From a virus (Duplodnaviria; Caudoviricetes): a stretch of 64,000 bases of DNA. The stretch lies in IMG/VR virus record IMGVR_UViG_2823732373_000001, positions 1 to 64,000 of that record. One strand, given 5' to 3'. Made by a program: the position numbers and the translations under genes. Positions 28,832 through 39,255 of the stretch are shown here, piece by piece; position 1 is the first letter of the stretch, and the number at the start of each line of letters is the position of its first letter. The notes beneath the pieces are model-generated. The model did no database searches. It saw nothing but the letters and a program-made list of their open reading frames with translations, and had not been told where the DNA came from.

Positions 28832-29239
28832 TTAAGCGTCGTCGAGCGTGAACGGCGTGATCAGGCCGGCCTTGTACCAGCCATCAACATCGGTCGGAAT
28901 GGTGCGCTGGGGCATATAGAGAACAGCGGCGCCAAGCCTGCGCGAGCGCATGAGTTCCTTGATCGAATCAAGCACCTCGTCGGGCTGCGCTGTCCCCTCC
29001 CCCTGCCGGTAGAAGACGTTGGTGGCAACGACGCCCGTGTGCCTGCCGCGCGGGCGCTCGCCCACCGTGACGAACTTCGATCCGTACCAGCGGATGGAGC
29101 AGTCGATCCAGATCGGGCCCACCGTCTGCTCGTCGGGCACGGGCCCGTTCTCGTAGAACGCATTGATGCGCGGGAAATTGTTGACGCGCCAGGCCTCGAG
29201 TGCTTCCTGCGCATCCTTCCGAAACTGCTCGGTGGCCAT
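28832..29239 (-). CDS. Tail terminator protein
   Basis: YEN, GEGT motifs; size and position. Confidence 0.65.
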   Translation of the reverse strand: MATEQFRKDAQEALEAWRVNNFPRINAFYENGPVPDEQTVGPIWIDCSIRWYGSKFVTVGERPRGRHTGVVATNVFYRQGEGTAQPDEVLDSIKELMRSRRLGAAVLYMPQRTIPTDVDGWYKAGLITPFTLDDA

Positions 29240-29247
29240 GTGTTTTC

Positions 29248-29799
29248 CTAGAAATTCGAGTTGATCTCGCCGATCGGCATGGACCCGGCTTCAAGCAGGC
29301 CCTCGGCGATCAGCACAGCACTCTCCATCGCCGTCTCATAGGGCCTGTTCTGCCAGCGCAGCTTGGACGCCCAGTAGCCCGGTTCCTGGAGATCTGCGAG
29401 GTAGGCCGGGCTCGATTTACCGCCGTCTTTGTCGCCGCGGGTGGAATTGGTTATGAAGACTTTGTCTCCCCGCCGGATCTTGCGCAGCACATAGCGGGCG
29501 CGCATGAGCGCTTCGGAAGCCCACTTCATGTCGCCCTTCTCGCGTGCGAGCTTGTTGTTGACGTAGCCCGCGCCGGTGAGCTCGAGTTCGTCACCCATGC
29601 CGGCGTCGAATGAGAGGTCGGGCGCGTTGATGCCGAGATTCCAGTTCGCCACGGCGCGGCCAGAGTACTGGGGCGTCTGCATGACGATGCGCTCGAAGAT
29701 CTGCCAAACGACTTGGCGGAAGAGGGCCACTGGCGCGTCTTCCACGCGCTGGATGGCAGCCTGAAGGCTTCGCTGCACGCCCACGCGGTTCTTCACCAT
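29248..29799 (-). CDS. Neck/tail completion protein
   Basis: TPQYSGRAVANW motif. Confidence 0.7.
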   Translation of the reverse strand: MVKNRVGVQRSLQAAIQRVEDAPVALFRQVVWQIFERIVMQTPQYSGRAVANWNLGINAPDLSFDAGMGDELELTGAGYVNNKLAREKGDMKWASEALMRARYVLRKIRRGDKVFITNSTRGDKDGGKSSPAYLADLQEPGYWASKLRWQNRPYETAMESAVLIAEGLLEAGSMPIGEINSNF

Positions 29800-29806
29800 C
29801 CCCACG

Positions 29807-30643
29807 TCAGCTCCTGCGCACGTGGGCGGTGACGGCGCCCTCGATCTCATTCACCGCAAGCACGCTGAGGCTGGCCCCTTCGAACTTAATGCGCGAAGAG
29901 GTATCGACCTCCACTCCCTCCGGCAGCGCCAGCGTGAAGTCCCCCTCCTTGTGCCGCGCATCAAGTTGCGCGTCGTAGCGGAATAGGTTCTGCCAACGGA
30001 CGCGCAACGCCCTCGCGTTGGTCGCGGGTCCGAGCGAATACGCGCCAACAGCCGGACTGTAGGTTCGGCTCTGCAACGTGACCTCGAGCGGCTCGACCTG
30101 GTCAAGCCTCGTGGCGGTGACGCCCACGAAGTCAGACGGGAGCCGGCGCGCTGAGGTCGTGATGTACGCGACTCCCTGGCGCCAGAGCACTCGGTGGGGC
30201 GCGATTGCGGTGCCGAGCGGCAGGATTACCTCGAAGACGTTGGCCACGTCCGATGATTCGCCCTCCTCTTTTGCATCCTTGGCCCAGGAAGCGAAGCCGT
30301 AGACCGTCTCCTGTGGGCTGCCGTCCAGGAACTGGGAGATCGTGCCAACGTTGAACTGGCCGTCCGCGCTCTGCAGCACGTACTTGACGCGATGAGCCTC
30401 GTTCAGACCGTCGATCGAAGGCTCCCCGGCCACGACGTAAGTTGCACCGAAAACGCGGATGCATCGGTGGGCCGGAATGGCCGTGCCGGGGGCAACGGAA
30501 AGCACCCGGCGGTAGGCGACCATCGCGTCGCGCTTGCTGTCGTCATAGGGGTCGACCTGGGCAAGGAAGAGGAACGCGCCCGTGTAGGCGTCGAGCACCT
30601 CGGTCCGATCGAAGTAAGAGGAGGCGGCGGCAAGGCTCATCAT
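29807..30643 (-). CDS. Head closure / virion structural protein
   Basis: Synteny; coding-like ORF. Confidence 0.55.
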   Translation of the reverse strand: MMSLAAASSYFDRTEVLDAYTGAFLFLAQVDPYDDSKRDAMVAYRRVLSVAPGTAIPAHRCIRVFGATYVVAGEPSIDGLNEAHRVKYVLQSADGQFNVGTISQFLDGSPQETVYGFASWAKDAKEEGESSDVANVFEVILPLGTAIAPHRVLWRQGVAYITTSARRLPSDFVGVTATRLDQVEPLEVTLQSRTYSPAVGAYSLGPATNARALRVRWQNLFRYDAQLDARHKEGDFTLALPEGVEVDTSSRIKFEGASLSVLAVNEIEGAVTAHVRRS

Positions 30644-30648
30644 GGCGG

Positions 30649-31143
30649 TCAGCCCGTGACCGGGTCGTAGGACCGCGTGGCTGCAATAAAGGCAAGCGGC
30701 GCGCGCGGGGCCGCCGCGGGCGTCTGCGTCAGCGCGGCGAGAGAGGCAAGCAGGCTCGAGCGCGAGGCGAGGTACATGGCCTCCACGCGCGCGAGCGTCT
30801 CTTTGTAGGGTGCGTCTGCGAAACGGGACACGGATGCTTTCCCGTCGCCCACGTCTTTGGGCATCATGCTGGCGAGCGAAACGCCGACCTGGCGCGCGCT
30901 GGCGTAGGCGCTGAAGAGCTTTGTGGCGTCGAGCACGCCTTTCTCGAATTCGGTGCGCTGATCCGCAGGTTTGCTCGCGATGAGAGAAAAAGAGGCAGGC
31001 AAAGACGTCGCGACCTTCGTCAATTCGCGTACCAGTCCGAACTCGTAGATCGGCAGGTTCAGGACCGCGTCAGGCAGTTCTATCGCGTTGACCCCAAGGG
31101 TCGCGCGAACCTCTGCGTTTTCACAGTAAGGCGTCAGTGCCAT
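30649..31143 (-). CDS. Head-tail adaptor
   Basis: YC...EVRATLG start, DPVTG end; synteny. Confidence 0.65.
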   Translation of the reverse strand: MALTPYCENAEVRATLGVNAIELPDAVLNLPIYEFGLVRELTKVATSLPASFSLIASKPADQRTEFEKGVLDATKLFSAYASARQVGVSLASMMPKDVGDGKASVSRFADAPYKETLARVEAMYLASRSSLLASLAALTQTPAAAPRAPLAFIAATRSYDPVTG

Positions 31144-31164
31144 GCCAAAAGCTCCCGCAAAGGA

Positions 31165-31563
31165 TCAGGTTTCGCTTGGCACGATGGCCAGCTTGCCAGC
31201 CAACAGCTGGAGGGAAATGAACGCATCGATTTCGGCCGTGACAGGCGCTGCGCCGAACACATCGCTGTTGTGCAGGTGATGGAGCGGGCCGTGTACGGAC
31301 ACGAGTGCGACGACGTCGCCGATTCCCCAGCCGATCAGCTGGCCAATGCTTTCGGCTGCAGGGACTGCGGGCTTGTCGCCCTGATTTGCCTCTGCTGAAG
31401 CAGCGGCTTGTTCGTCGGCGCCAGGTGCGGCGCGCAGTTCGGTGGACGCGATCGGCAAGGTCGTGCTGATGCCGTCGCTTTGGGCGGAAAGGGCCGAAGC
31501 TTCGACAGTTGCTGTCGCTGGGGTCGCGGCGAGCGCTGGGGCGGAGGTGTTCTTTCGGGACAT
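31165..31563 (-). CDS. Hypothetical virion-associated protein
   Basis: AGGAG RBS; follows capsid gene. Confidence 0.6.
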   Translation of the reverse strand: MSRKNTSAPALAATPATATVEASALSAQSDGISTTLPIASTELRAAPGADEQAAASAEANQGDKPAVPAAESIGQLIGWGIGDVVALVSVHGPLHHLHNSDVFGAAPVTAEIDAFISLQLLAGKLAIVPSET

Positions 31564-31640
31564 CGGAGTACTCCTGTTACGGATGGAGAAAGGCGCCGGC
31601 CAGCGAACCGACCGGCGCCCTACTGTTGAGCCTGAACTGT

Positions 31641-32822
31641 TTAGGTGAGCGTCAGGACTTCGAACGCCTCATCGAACAGGCGGTACAGGAGCTCGCCCTT
31701 GTCGACGCGCATCGCGGTCGAGCGCTTGAGCACGAACTGCTCGATGGCGCTGTACTCAGCGGTCAGCGACTTGACGCGGTGCACGGCGTAGCGCGTGTCC
31801 AGGCCCATGATCGTGCCGGCCGGCCAGTTGGGGTCATTCGTCAGGAAGATCTTGACGGTCGAGGTCCAGCTCGGGTTGATCACCTGCATCAGGGTGTCGA
31901 TGCGAGGGCTGTTCGGGTTGTCGTTCTGATTGGTCGGCTTGCCTTCGCGCTTCTCGATCGCCATAGCGCCGTCCAGGTCGGTCACGACCAGGTTGATCGT
32001 GCGCTTGTGGGCATTGCGAGCCAGCCACTTGATCCATGCGGTCTGGGTCAGCTTGCCGGCCGTCGCGGCAGCATCCAGCGAGCTGGCGGCAACGACCTTG
32101 CCGGCGATCGACGACAAGGCGGCGATGGCGTAGTCGGAGTCGCCGTTCAGGAACGACAGGATGTAGCCGTAGGCCTTCTCGTTCGACTCGACGGCGGCTT
32201 GGCGACCAACCGCCAGGCCCACCAGGTCAAGCGTGGTGCTTCGCTGCGCTTGCTCCGAGATCTCCATGCCAATAGCCCAACTGGGGATCTTGCGCGAAAC
32301 GTCGGACGCGGTGATCGTCAGCATGGACTGCGGCAGGGCCAGCTGACCAACCGGCGCGCTACGTGCGGCTTCGGGGTTGCTGAAGTTCAGCACCGGGCGC
32401 TCGAACTTATCGCTCGAGATGCTGTCGTCCACTGCGATCATCAGATCCAAGCCGGTGACGCTGGTCTTCAGGTCGGTGGCCAGCTTGTCCTCGATCACGC
32501 CCAGGATCACGGCCGGGAACAGGATGCGAGAGGCCGGCACACCTTCCTTGGTGATTGCGGCAGCGTCCTGCTTGGGGTTCAGCACTTCGCCAACTGTAGA
32601 AGGGCGGATGCCGAATTCCTTGTTGCCCTTCACAAAGATCCCGGTCTGCTCGCACAACTGCTCGAAGGGGCTGCCGTGCTTGGCGGCGTCGGTCGGGAAC
32701 TGCGTGGCGAGGTATTGCGGCACGGTCTGACCTGCATCGGCCGCGGCCTTGTAAGTGTGAAGGCCGATGTCGATCGCCTGGTTCTTTCCAGCTGCGTCGA
32801 TGAAAACGAGTTCTTTGCCCAC
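31641..32822 (-). CDS. Major capsid protein
   Basis: 393 aa, AAGGAG RBS + GTG, strong codon bias, follows protease and decoration genes, hairpin downstream. Confidence 0.85.
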   Translation of the reverse strand: MGKELVFIDAAGKNQAIDIGLHTYKAAADAGQTVPQYLATQFPTDAAKHGSPFEQLCEQTGIFVKGNKEFGIRPSTVGEVLNPKQDAAAITKEGVPASRILFPAVILGVIEDKLATDLKTSVTGLDLMIAVDDSISSDKFERPVLNFSNPEAARSAPVGQLALPQSMLTITASDVSRKIPSWAIGMEISEQAQRSTTLDLVGLAVGRQAAVESNEKAYGYILSFLNGDSDYAIAALSSIAGKVVAASSLDAAATAGKLTQTAWIKWLARNAHKRTINLVVTDLDGAMAIEKREGKPTNQNDNPNSPRIDTLMQVINPSWTSTVKIFLTNDPNWPAGTIMGLDTRYAVHRVKSLTAEYSAIEQFVLKRSTAMRVDKGELLYRLFDEAFEVLTLT

Positions 32823-32851
32823 TTTTTTCTCCTTGTTCTGTGGGTTGTTGA

Positions 32852-33334
32852 TCAGACGCGTTCGATGACCGCGACCTGGCCAGGTGCGCCGGAGCCCTTC
32901 AGCGCGACGACGCGCCAGAGGAACGACAGGGTTTCCTTCCCGCCGGTTGCCTTGCAGACACGAGGGTGGCCCGTCAGCTTGGTGCCGCGTGCGGTGACGG
33001 TACCGGCGACCACGAAGTCGTTGATCGCGATGGCGCCGGTGCCCGGGGTGGCTTGCAAGCCGTCCAGCGTCACGGTCTTGCGGCCTTCGTCCTGGATGGT
33101 GCCCAGCTTGAAGCCGTCGTACAGCGCGCCACCGGCTTCATCGGCCGAAACCAGAAAGCCTTCGATCTCGTCGCCTGCGGCGCAGAGGCCGTACTGGCTG
33201 TCGCCCTTCAGTTTGACGAACTTGTTGACGTCGGCGTCGGACAGCTGATTGGCCGTACCGGTGCCGTCGGCGGTACGAACGGTCTTGTTCGTGTCGTACG
33301 GACGGATCAGCTCGTTGAGTTGGAACTTCGCCAT
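32852..33334 (-). CDS. Capsid decoration protein
   Basis: DVNKFVKL, GDEIEGF, WRVV; AAGGAG RBS; position. Confidence 0.7.
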   Translation of the reverse strand: MAKFQLNELIRPYDTNKTVRTADGTGTANQLSDADVNKFVKLKGDSQYGLCAAGDEIEGFLVSADEAGGALYDGFKLGTIQDEGRKTVTLDGLQATPGTGAIAINDFVVAGTVTARGTKLTGHPRVCKATGGKETLSFLWRVVALKGSGAPGQVAVIERV

Positions 33335-33344
33335 GTTTTTCTCC

Positions 33345-34874
33345 TTATTTGAGGCGAGTGGCTTCGATGCGGGCCATGCGCGCCGGATCGGCCGGAGCGC
33401 TATTGCCCTCTTTGTCGGATGGAGGGACTGCGGAGACCGCAGCCACACCACCCGCCTTGAACTTCTGTTCGAACTGCGCACGCAACGTGTCGTGTGCGGT
33501 GAGCAGTTCGGTGTCGCTCATCGCCTCAGCGCTGCCGGCGGCGTGGCCCAGGGCGACGCGCATGCGCCCCACCGAAGCGACGGTGATGGCGCGCATGGCG
33601 GTGGTCGAGGCCGAAAGCGAGTCACTCGCAGCCTTGGCGTCGCGCGCTTGGATCGTGAGGTCGGTGATTTGGGTCTGGGCCGTCGCCAGTTGACCCTGCA
33701 GATAGGCCACCACCGCGTCTTGCGAAGGAACAGCGGCGACAGCAGCGATCACTGCGGTTGCGTCGGCCGGAACTCCACCACCTTCAGCACCAGTTCCTGG
33801 TGCGCCGCCCCCGGCAGCAGGGGCGCCGGCGGGTGCGCCGGTAGCGTCGACGCTCGCGGCTGCGGCGCCTTCAGCTGCAACGGCGCCTTCGGCGATTGCA
33901 GCGATCTGAGCTTCGGTGAGTGCGTTTTTCAAGGTGGTTCCTTCTGAATGCGCGCCATACTGGGAAGGCTTCAAATCGGTGGCAATCCCTCCCCCAATGT
34001 TTTCCTTCGCATTGGCTTTTTCGGCCTTGCCGATCACAGAGTCGAAGGTGCCAATAGCGTCGACAAGACCCACCTCCTTCGCGCGCTCGCCGGGGAACAC
34101 ACGGCCCTGAGCCATCTTGGTGTCGGCAAGCTGGTAGGCCACGCCGCGGTGGTCCGCGACGTGCTGGACGAAGAGCGAGTAGCTGTGGTCGACGCTCGCC
34201 TGCAGCTCGTCCTTCGCAAGCTCGCTGAGCGCCTCGTAGGGGTTGCCGAGGGCCTTGTATTTGCCCGCGCGGATGACGGTCGGCTTGATGCCGGCGATTT
34301 CCATCATCTTGCTCATCTCCTGGTGCACGACGAGCACGCCGACCGAACCGGCCTCGGCGGACTTGGAGATGGTGATGTGGCGCGCGCTCGCGCCGAGCGC
34401 ATAGGCCGCCGACATCATTGCGCTGTCGCTGAATGCGGTCACGGGCTTGAGCTTCTTGTCGATGCTGGCGATCAGGTCGGCCGTGTCGAACATGCCCGAA
34501 ACCGCGCCACCACCAGAAGCGATGTCCAGCACGATGCTTTTGATCGATTGGTCGTTCGCCGCGTGGACAAGTGCCTGGCGAATCTCCGGGTAGCCGCAGA
34601 AGCCGAGATACGCGTTGATCCAGCTCGCGCTGTTGTTCAGCGGTCCGGCGATGCGGATGGTCGCCACGCCATCGGACACGCGCAGCAGACGCGGCAACTC
34701 CTCGGCGGATTGGCTGTGCGGAGCGTAAGCGCCCTTCTCCGGACGCTGGCCGGCATTGGCCATGATCTCGCTGAGGGACGCGTCCATCGCAATCTTGCGC
34801 AACTGCAACAGGTAAGTCGCGAGCGAGTCCTCGGTGCCGGCCCAGAGCTTCAGGTCAAAAATATCCATGGTCAC
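33345..34874 (-). CDS. S49 family prohead protease with C-terminal scaffold
   Basis: LDIASGGG, SAAYALG, GSVGV, AGKYK, GLVD motifs. Confidence 0.92.
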   Translation of the reverse strand: MTMDIFDLKLWAGTEDSLATYLLQLRKIAMDASLSEIMANAGQRPEKGAYAPHSQSAEELPRLLRVSDGVATIRIAGPLNNSASWINAYLGFCGYPEIRQALVHAANDQSIKSIVLDIASGGGAVSGMFDTADLIASIDKKLKPVTAFSDSAMMSAAYALGASARHITISKSAEAGSVGVLVVHQEMSKMMEIAGIKPTVIRAGKYKALGNPYEALSELAKDELQASVDHSYSLFVQHVADHRGVAYQLADTKMAQGRVFPGERAKEVGLVDAIGTFDSVIGKAEKANAKENIGGGIATDLKPSQYGAHSEGTTLKNALTEAQIAAIAEGAVAAEGAAAASVDATGAPAGAPAAGGGAPGTGAEGGGVPADATAVIAAVAAVPSQDAVVAYLQGQLATAQTQITDLTIQARDAKAASDSLSASTTAMRAITVASVGRMRVALGHAAGSAEAMSDTELLTAHDTLRAQFEQKFKAGGVAAVSAVPPSDKEGNSAPADPARMARIEATRLK

Positions 34875-36448
34875 TTCACCCTCTTGGCGGCGGGCGCCTT
34901 GTTGTTGGAGTTGTCGGACTGCTTGCCCTTGTTGTTCTTCGGGGTGTCGGGCTCAAGGTCTTGGCCAAGCGCGCCCGTGTTGCTGGTCGGCGCAGCAATC
35001 GGGTCGGTGGAGCCAGCCTTGAAGAAGGTGCCACTGAGCTTTGGCGCGCCCGCGGGCGGCAGCTGTCCGGTGAGACGGATCGAGGCTTCCTCATCGGAAA
35101 TCATTCCGATGGACAGCTGCTCGAGCACGCGCGATTGCTTCATAGCGCGGAAGGCCTCGAGCTCGCTGTCGGGCCGCAGATCCACGCGGTCGAAGCCGAA
35201 GACGACGTAGACGTCGTGGCCGAGTAGGCGCACGCCCAGCGTGAGGGCGCGAGAAATGATCGAGTTCACCTTGTTCTGCACGCCCTCGCAGTAGCGAGCG
35301 AAGAGCGCACTCTCGGTCGAGGCGACGTTTTGCGAGCCGGAGCCGTGGCCTAACACGGCCGGCGGCGCCTTGGCGCCCGTGGCCATCTTGGCGTTGTTGA
35401 TCGCCTGAATGACCTCGTACTCCTTGTTCAACGTGACGTTTCCGTTGTTCAGGTAGTCGAATTCGACCGAGTCGAAGTGCACCAGCGCGTCATCCGGCTC
35501 GAGGCCGTTGACTGTGTCCGAGACCGCCTGGATGAAGGCGTCTGTCCACTCCTGCATCTTGTCGGCATCGCCAGTTATCTCCGGCGGCATCGAGTCCCTG
35601 AACTTCTCGAAATCGATCTTGGCGTCGAGGCGTGGGTGCAACGACCTCTTGATCACGCGGCGAACGTCATTCTGGAACTCGGTGTCGGCAAGTACCGCCT
35701 GCAGCGCCGCCTCCATCGGAGAGTCCGAATACGCCTGCAGCAGGTCCTGGTCGAGTGCTTCGTAGAAGAACGTGGCGATGTCCAGAGAGATGTCACCCAC
35801 CGTCGCCTTCTGCACCGGGTAGGTGTATCCGGTGTTGTCCTCCATGAACTCGATCTGCGTCGTTGACACTGGCACGAGGCGGTTCGGCAGGCGCGCCTTG
35901 TCGAGCACCAGCTCGAGGGAGCACGAGCCGTACAGGCGCAGCTCCTTGGTCAGGGACTCCGCAATCGAATGGATCGAAGACACGCCGCTGAATCCGTCGA
36001 CGTAGTCGGTCAGGTAGTTGAAGCGGGCGAGGAGCTGCTGAACGGCGGACGTCGCCTCAGGGTTCGGCGTGCCGTCCTGATTGCGCGCCACCGCCGTGAA
36101 CTCGCGTGTAACGACCATGCGCTGATAGGCCCAGACGCTCGCCGACAGGTCGGGCGAGACCTGAGCTAGGTCGTGGATGGTCGACTTGGTGCTGGTACCG
36201 TTGCGCAGCGTCAGCAGGTCGAGGTTGGCAGTGCGTCGGTCGGTTGCGGTTAGCCGCTGATCACCATTGGACGTGCGCGAGCGTTTCGAGAAGCTCTGCT
36301 GCGCCTGCGGCTTTGTCGGGACCTTCGGCTCAACGATCGGTGGCAGCTGGCCGGCGCCCATCTGCTCGAGAGTGGGCTCGGCGCGCAGGGTGGCCGGCTG
36401 TACGCGGCCGAACATGCCAGAGACGATTTTTTTGAGGCCGAAAAGCAT
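34871..36448 (-). CDS. Portal protein
   Basis: 525 aa between terminase and protease; ELRLYG...ELV, PAVLG. Confidence 0.85.
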   Translation of the reverse strand: MLFGLKKIVSGMFGRVQPATLRAEPTLEQMGAGQLPPIVEPKVPTKPQAQQSFSKRSRTSNGDQRLTATDRRTANLDLLTLRNGTSTKSTIHDLAQVSPDLSASVWAYQRMVVTREFTAVARNQDGTPNPEATSAVQQLLARFNYLTDYVDGFSGVSSIHSIAESLTKELRLYGSCSLELVLDKARLPNRLVPVSTTQIEFMEDNTGYTYPVQKATVGDISLDIATFFYEALDQDLLQAYSDSPMEAALQAVLADTEFQNDVRRVIKRSLHPRLDAKIDFEKFRDSMPPEITGDADKMQEWTDAFIQAVSDTVNGLEPDDALVHFDSVEFDYLNNGNVTLNKEYEVIQAINNAKMATGAKAPPAVLGHGSGSQNVASTESALFARYCEGVQNKVNSIISRALTLGVRLLGHDVYVVFGFDRVDLRPDSELEAFRAMKQSRVLEQLSIGMISDEEASIRLTGQLPPAGAPKLSGTFFKAGSTDPIAAPTSNTGALGQDLEPDTPKNNKGKQSDNSNNKAPAAKRVK

Positions 36449-36515
36449 GGCCGGCAGACTGGAGGCCTACCGCTTCGAAATCTATCCCCGGGTGGATCGC
36501 CCGTATCATCTTCGG

Positions 36516-36986
36516 ATGACTGACATCGACCAGAGTCTCTCGACCAATACTTATGCGGCACTGCAGCGCCTCACCGTAGTCTCAGCCTCGCTCTGCGACG
36601 CTGTGAAAGGGGCGCCTTCCGCTGAGCACGATTTAGACGCTCAACCCTTTATCGTTGAGAACGGTGAAATCCGCATCCCTATTGCCCGCGCGATGCTGCT
36701 CACTCGGCAAAGGCCAATCTCTTGGCGCGCGGGCAATCCGATTCCGTCAGCGCTTGAGTGGAACTTCTATCTGCCAGACGATGAAGATCCTTCGCACTTG
36801 AAGCGCATCGGTCATCTTTATGTAGTTCCCAGCGGACCAACCTCTTTCGATATCCGAAAGGGCACGGCCCCTGCCGACGCCCACCAATTGACGACGCCAC
36901 TTCATCCAGATTTTCTGATGGATCTAAGGGCGTGGATTGCCTGCCGCCTGCACGAGATCGGTCACTTCTTGCCCAGCTCAACCTAG
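36516..36986 (+). CDS. Hypothetical antisense moron between terminase and portal
   Basis: Fills the terL-portal gap on the opposite strand; lower GC. Confidence 0.6.
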   Translation: MTDIDQSLSTNTYAALQRLTVVSASLCDAVKGAPSAEHDLDAQPFIVENGEIRIPIARAMLLTRQRPISWRAGNPIPSALEWNFYLPDDEDPSHLKRIGHLYVVPSGPTSFDIRKGTAPADAHQLTTPLHPDFLMDLRAWIACRLHEIGHFLPSST

Positions 36987-38693
36987 ACCTGTCCCCTGCT
37001 TCGCACCAGCCGGCGCCTTCAGCTTGAAGGTGCCCACCATCGGCGCCATGCCGAAACCGCGCGACGCCGCCACACGGATCTGCGCGGCTAGCCAGGTGTA
37101 GAGCAGCGCGTAGTGGAAGTGATCGTCGCCGTTGCTCGGCTTGTTCCACACCGACAGCTGCCCGTCTTCCGTCACCTTCTTTGAGCGCTTCGAGGCCGTC
37201 AACTGCGCCTTGATGTCCGGCAGGTCCGCCGTCTTGCGGATCAGGATCTTGCCGGCGCGCAGTTCATCCAGGAGCAGGTCAAGGGCTGCGTGCTTGTTGA
37301 CCGAGATCTGGCGTAGCGCCGTCTTGCCCTCCTTCTCGTTCTGCTCGCGCGACACCGTGTCGTAGATCGCGATGCCCTTCTTCGTGACGAAATAGGCCGC
37401 GAACAGGTTGCGATCGGTCTGCTGCAGGTTCAGCAGCGTCTCGACGTACGGCTGGGCATCGAGCACCTTCGAGGTGACCCGGTACTGCCGCGACAGCTCC
37501 GCATAGCGGCGGCGGAAGTCTCCGATGGGGATCTGCTCCGTGTGCACGATCACCAGCTCTTCCTTCGAGGTGATCCCCGCAACGAAGATCCGACAGATCA
37601 ACCCCATGTCGCCGCCGATGACGTGCGTCGAGAACGGCGACGTGTCCATCTCGATCAGTGCGTTGTCAACGTCCTGAGGCGTGATGCCCGAGTCGGCGTC
37701 CTCGGCTGTCAGGCCCAGGTTGAAATTTACGAAGTCGGCCCAGCGCGCGTAGCTTGTGCTCGCCTGCACCAGGTAGGAGATCGGGATCACGTTCGGCGCA
37801 TCGAAGGGCTGCACCTGGTAGCCGGCCGCAAGGTGTCGCTCCAGCGAGTTTTCCACTACCCACTCACGGTTCTCCGGCTGCAGGCTCGGCGCTTTGCCGC
37901 AGTGCGGGCACAGCAGCACAGCCTCTTCCCAACGGATGCGAGCTAACGTGGCCTTCGTGATCTTGCGCAGCTCGTCGTCGTAGCCGGGGATCTTGACGTG
38001 GTCGAGGTAGCTCGGGCAGAACTGGTGACCGCAGTGATGGCACTTCACGAAGTTCCAGTGCCGGCGGCTATCCTGGAACGCCGCGTCGATCGGGTCGCCT
38101 GGGTATGTCGGCGTCGACAGGTAGATGCGAATTTTGTGCGGCGAGTGCGTCAAGCGCGACTGAAACTGGCCCGCGATTTCCTGGTTGGCAAAGCTGTACT
38201 CGTCGAAGATCACCGCGTCGGCAGCCACCGAGATCGCAGCGGTGTCAGAGCTGGCGCCGCGGAAGTACAGGAAACCGCCGGCGCCGAGTTGCTTCACCTC
38301 GGCCGAGTCCGCCCCATCGCTGTTGCGCACGGCGGACCGAAGGAACGGCGACCCGTTGATGATCGGGTTCAGCCGCGTCTTCACGTACATCTGGCTGAAC
38401 GACGCCGTGGGGAAGACATAGATCAGGCTGAAGTTCTGCATGATCGACACCAACCCGAGCGCCAGGCGCAGCGAGGTCTCAGACATGCCCACCTGCGAGC
38501 ACTTGCGGATCACGATGATCTGCGACTCGTCGCTGAGGATTCGCTCCTGGAACTCGTGATCTTTGAAGCTGTACGGCTTGCCGTTGATGAAGGTCTCCGT
38601 CTCGACCCACTTGGCGAGATCCTTGCGCGTTAGCTTCCCGGACGTCGCCATCCGGATGCGTTGAACATGGCGTTTCCAGAGCTCGTCACTCAC
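36978..38693 (-). CDS. terL: Terminase large subunit, gpA-like
   Basis: KCSQVGMSE Walker A variant, IFDE Walker B, STPT, CxxC pairs, GGDMG, DDHFH. Confidence 0.93.
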   Translation of the reverse strand: MSDELWKRHVQRIRMATSGKLTRKDLAKWVETETFINGKPYSFKDHEFQERILSDESQIIVIRKCSQVGMSETSLRLALGLVSIMQNFSLIYVFPTASFSQMYVKTRLNPIINGSPFLRSAVRNSDGADSAEVKQLGAGGFLYFRGASSDTAAISVAADAVIFDEYSFANQEIAGQFQSRLTHSPHKIRIYLSTPTYPGDPIDAAFQDSRRHWNFVKCHHCGHQFCPSYLDHVKIPGYDDELRKITKATLARIRWEEAVLLCPHCGKAPSLQPENREWVVENSLERHLAAGYQVQPFDAPNVIPISYLVQASTSYARWADFVNFNLGLTAEDADSGITPQDVDNALIEMDTSPFSTHVIGGDMGLICRIFVAGITSKEELVIVHTEQIPIGDFRRRYAELSRQYRVTSKVLDAQPYVETLLNLQQTDRNLFAAYFVTKKGIAIYDTVSREQNEKEGKTALRQISVNKHAALDLLLDELRAGKILIRKTADLPDIKAQLTASKRSKKVTEDGQLSVWNKPSNGDDHFHYALLYTWLAAQIRVAASRGFGMAPMVGTFKLKAPAGAKQGTGLG

Positions 38694-39136
38694 CGCGGCG
38701 CCCGGCCCTCGCCGGCCTCGTACAGCTCCAGGAACTTCGCTTGGGCAACGGTCGGTAGCTGCTGCAGCGACTCGATGAGGTAGCCCTCGATCCGCTTGAG
38801 GCGCTCGCTGGTGTAGACCTCAGTCTGCAGCTTCGCCAGTTGCGAAATGATTGCAGCAACCGCGTTTGCTACCTGCGCCCGTTGATTCGGTGGGACGTCA
38901 TCGTCCTTCAGCACGTCAGACTGCAGGCGCTGCGTCTGCAGCATCTGCAGCACGAGCTCGCGGTTCAGGTCGACGTCGGCGAGATCCTTGACGGGGAGCT
39001 TCTCGTCGATCTGGGCCCGCAGCTCGAGCAACTCAGCCACCGGCATGCCCGTCAGTTTGACCTGGAGGCTATGCGTGGCGGCGCGCGGCTGGTTTTGTCC
39101 ACCGCCTGATTGCGGTGGGAGGCTAGGGAGGCCCAT
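38690..39136 (-). CDS. Putative terminase small subunit
   Basis: Helical 148 aa, GTGA overlap with terL. Confidence 0.6.
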   Translation of the reverse strand: MGLPSLPPQSGGGQNQPRAATHSLQVKLTGMPVAELLELRAQIDEKLPVKDLADVDLNRELVLQMLQTQRLQSDVLKDDDVPPNQRAQVANAVAAIISQLAKLQTEVYTSERLKRIEGYLIESLQQLPTVAQAKFLELYEAGEGRAPR

Positions 39137-39255
39137 CTCGTTCGCGTTGATCGCGGCTTCTTGTTGTTCTGTACCTCGAAACTAGCTGCTCGAAGCTGCG
39201 GAACGCAATTCCCCCCTACATTGGAGGCAGGACTCACCAGGGAACCAGATTCGCA

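Noticed and set aside
10358-38633. Long plus-strand ORFs (e.g. 11312..13033, 23702..25687, 31509..33248)
   Set aside because: Antisense shadows of high-GC structural genes with non-protein-like composition.
38984-38996. One-mismatch copy of the 13-bp motif in the putative terS
   Set aside because: Isolated and explicable by PVKD codons.
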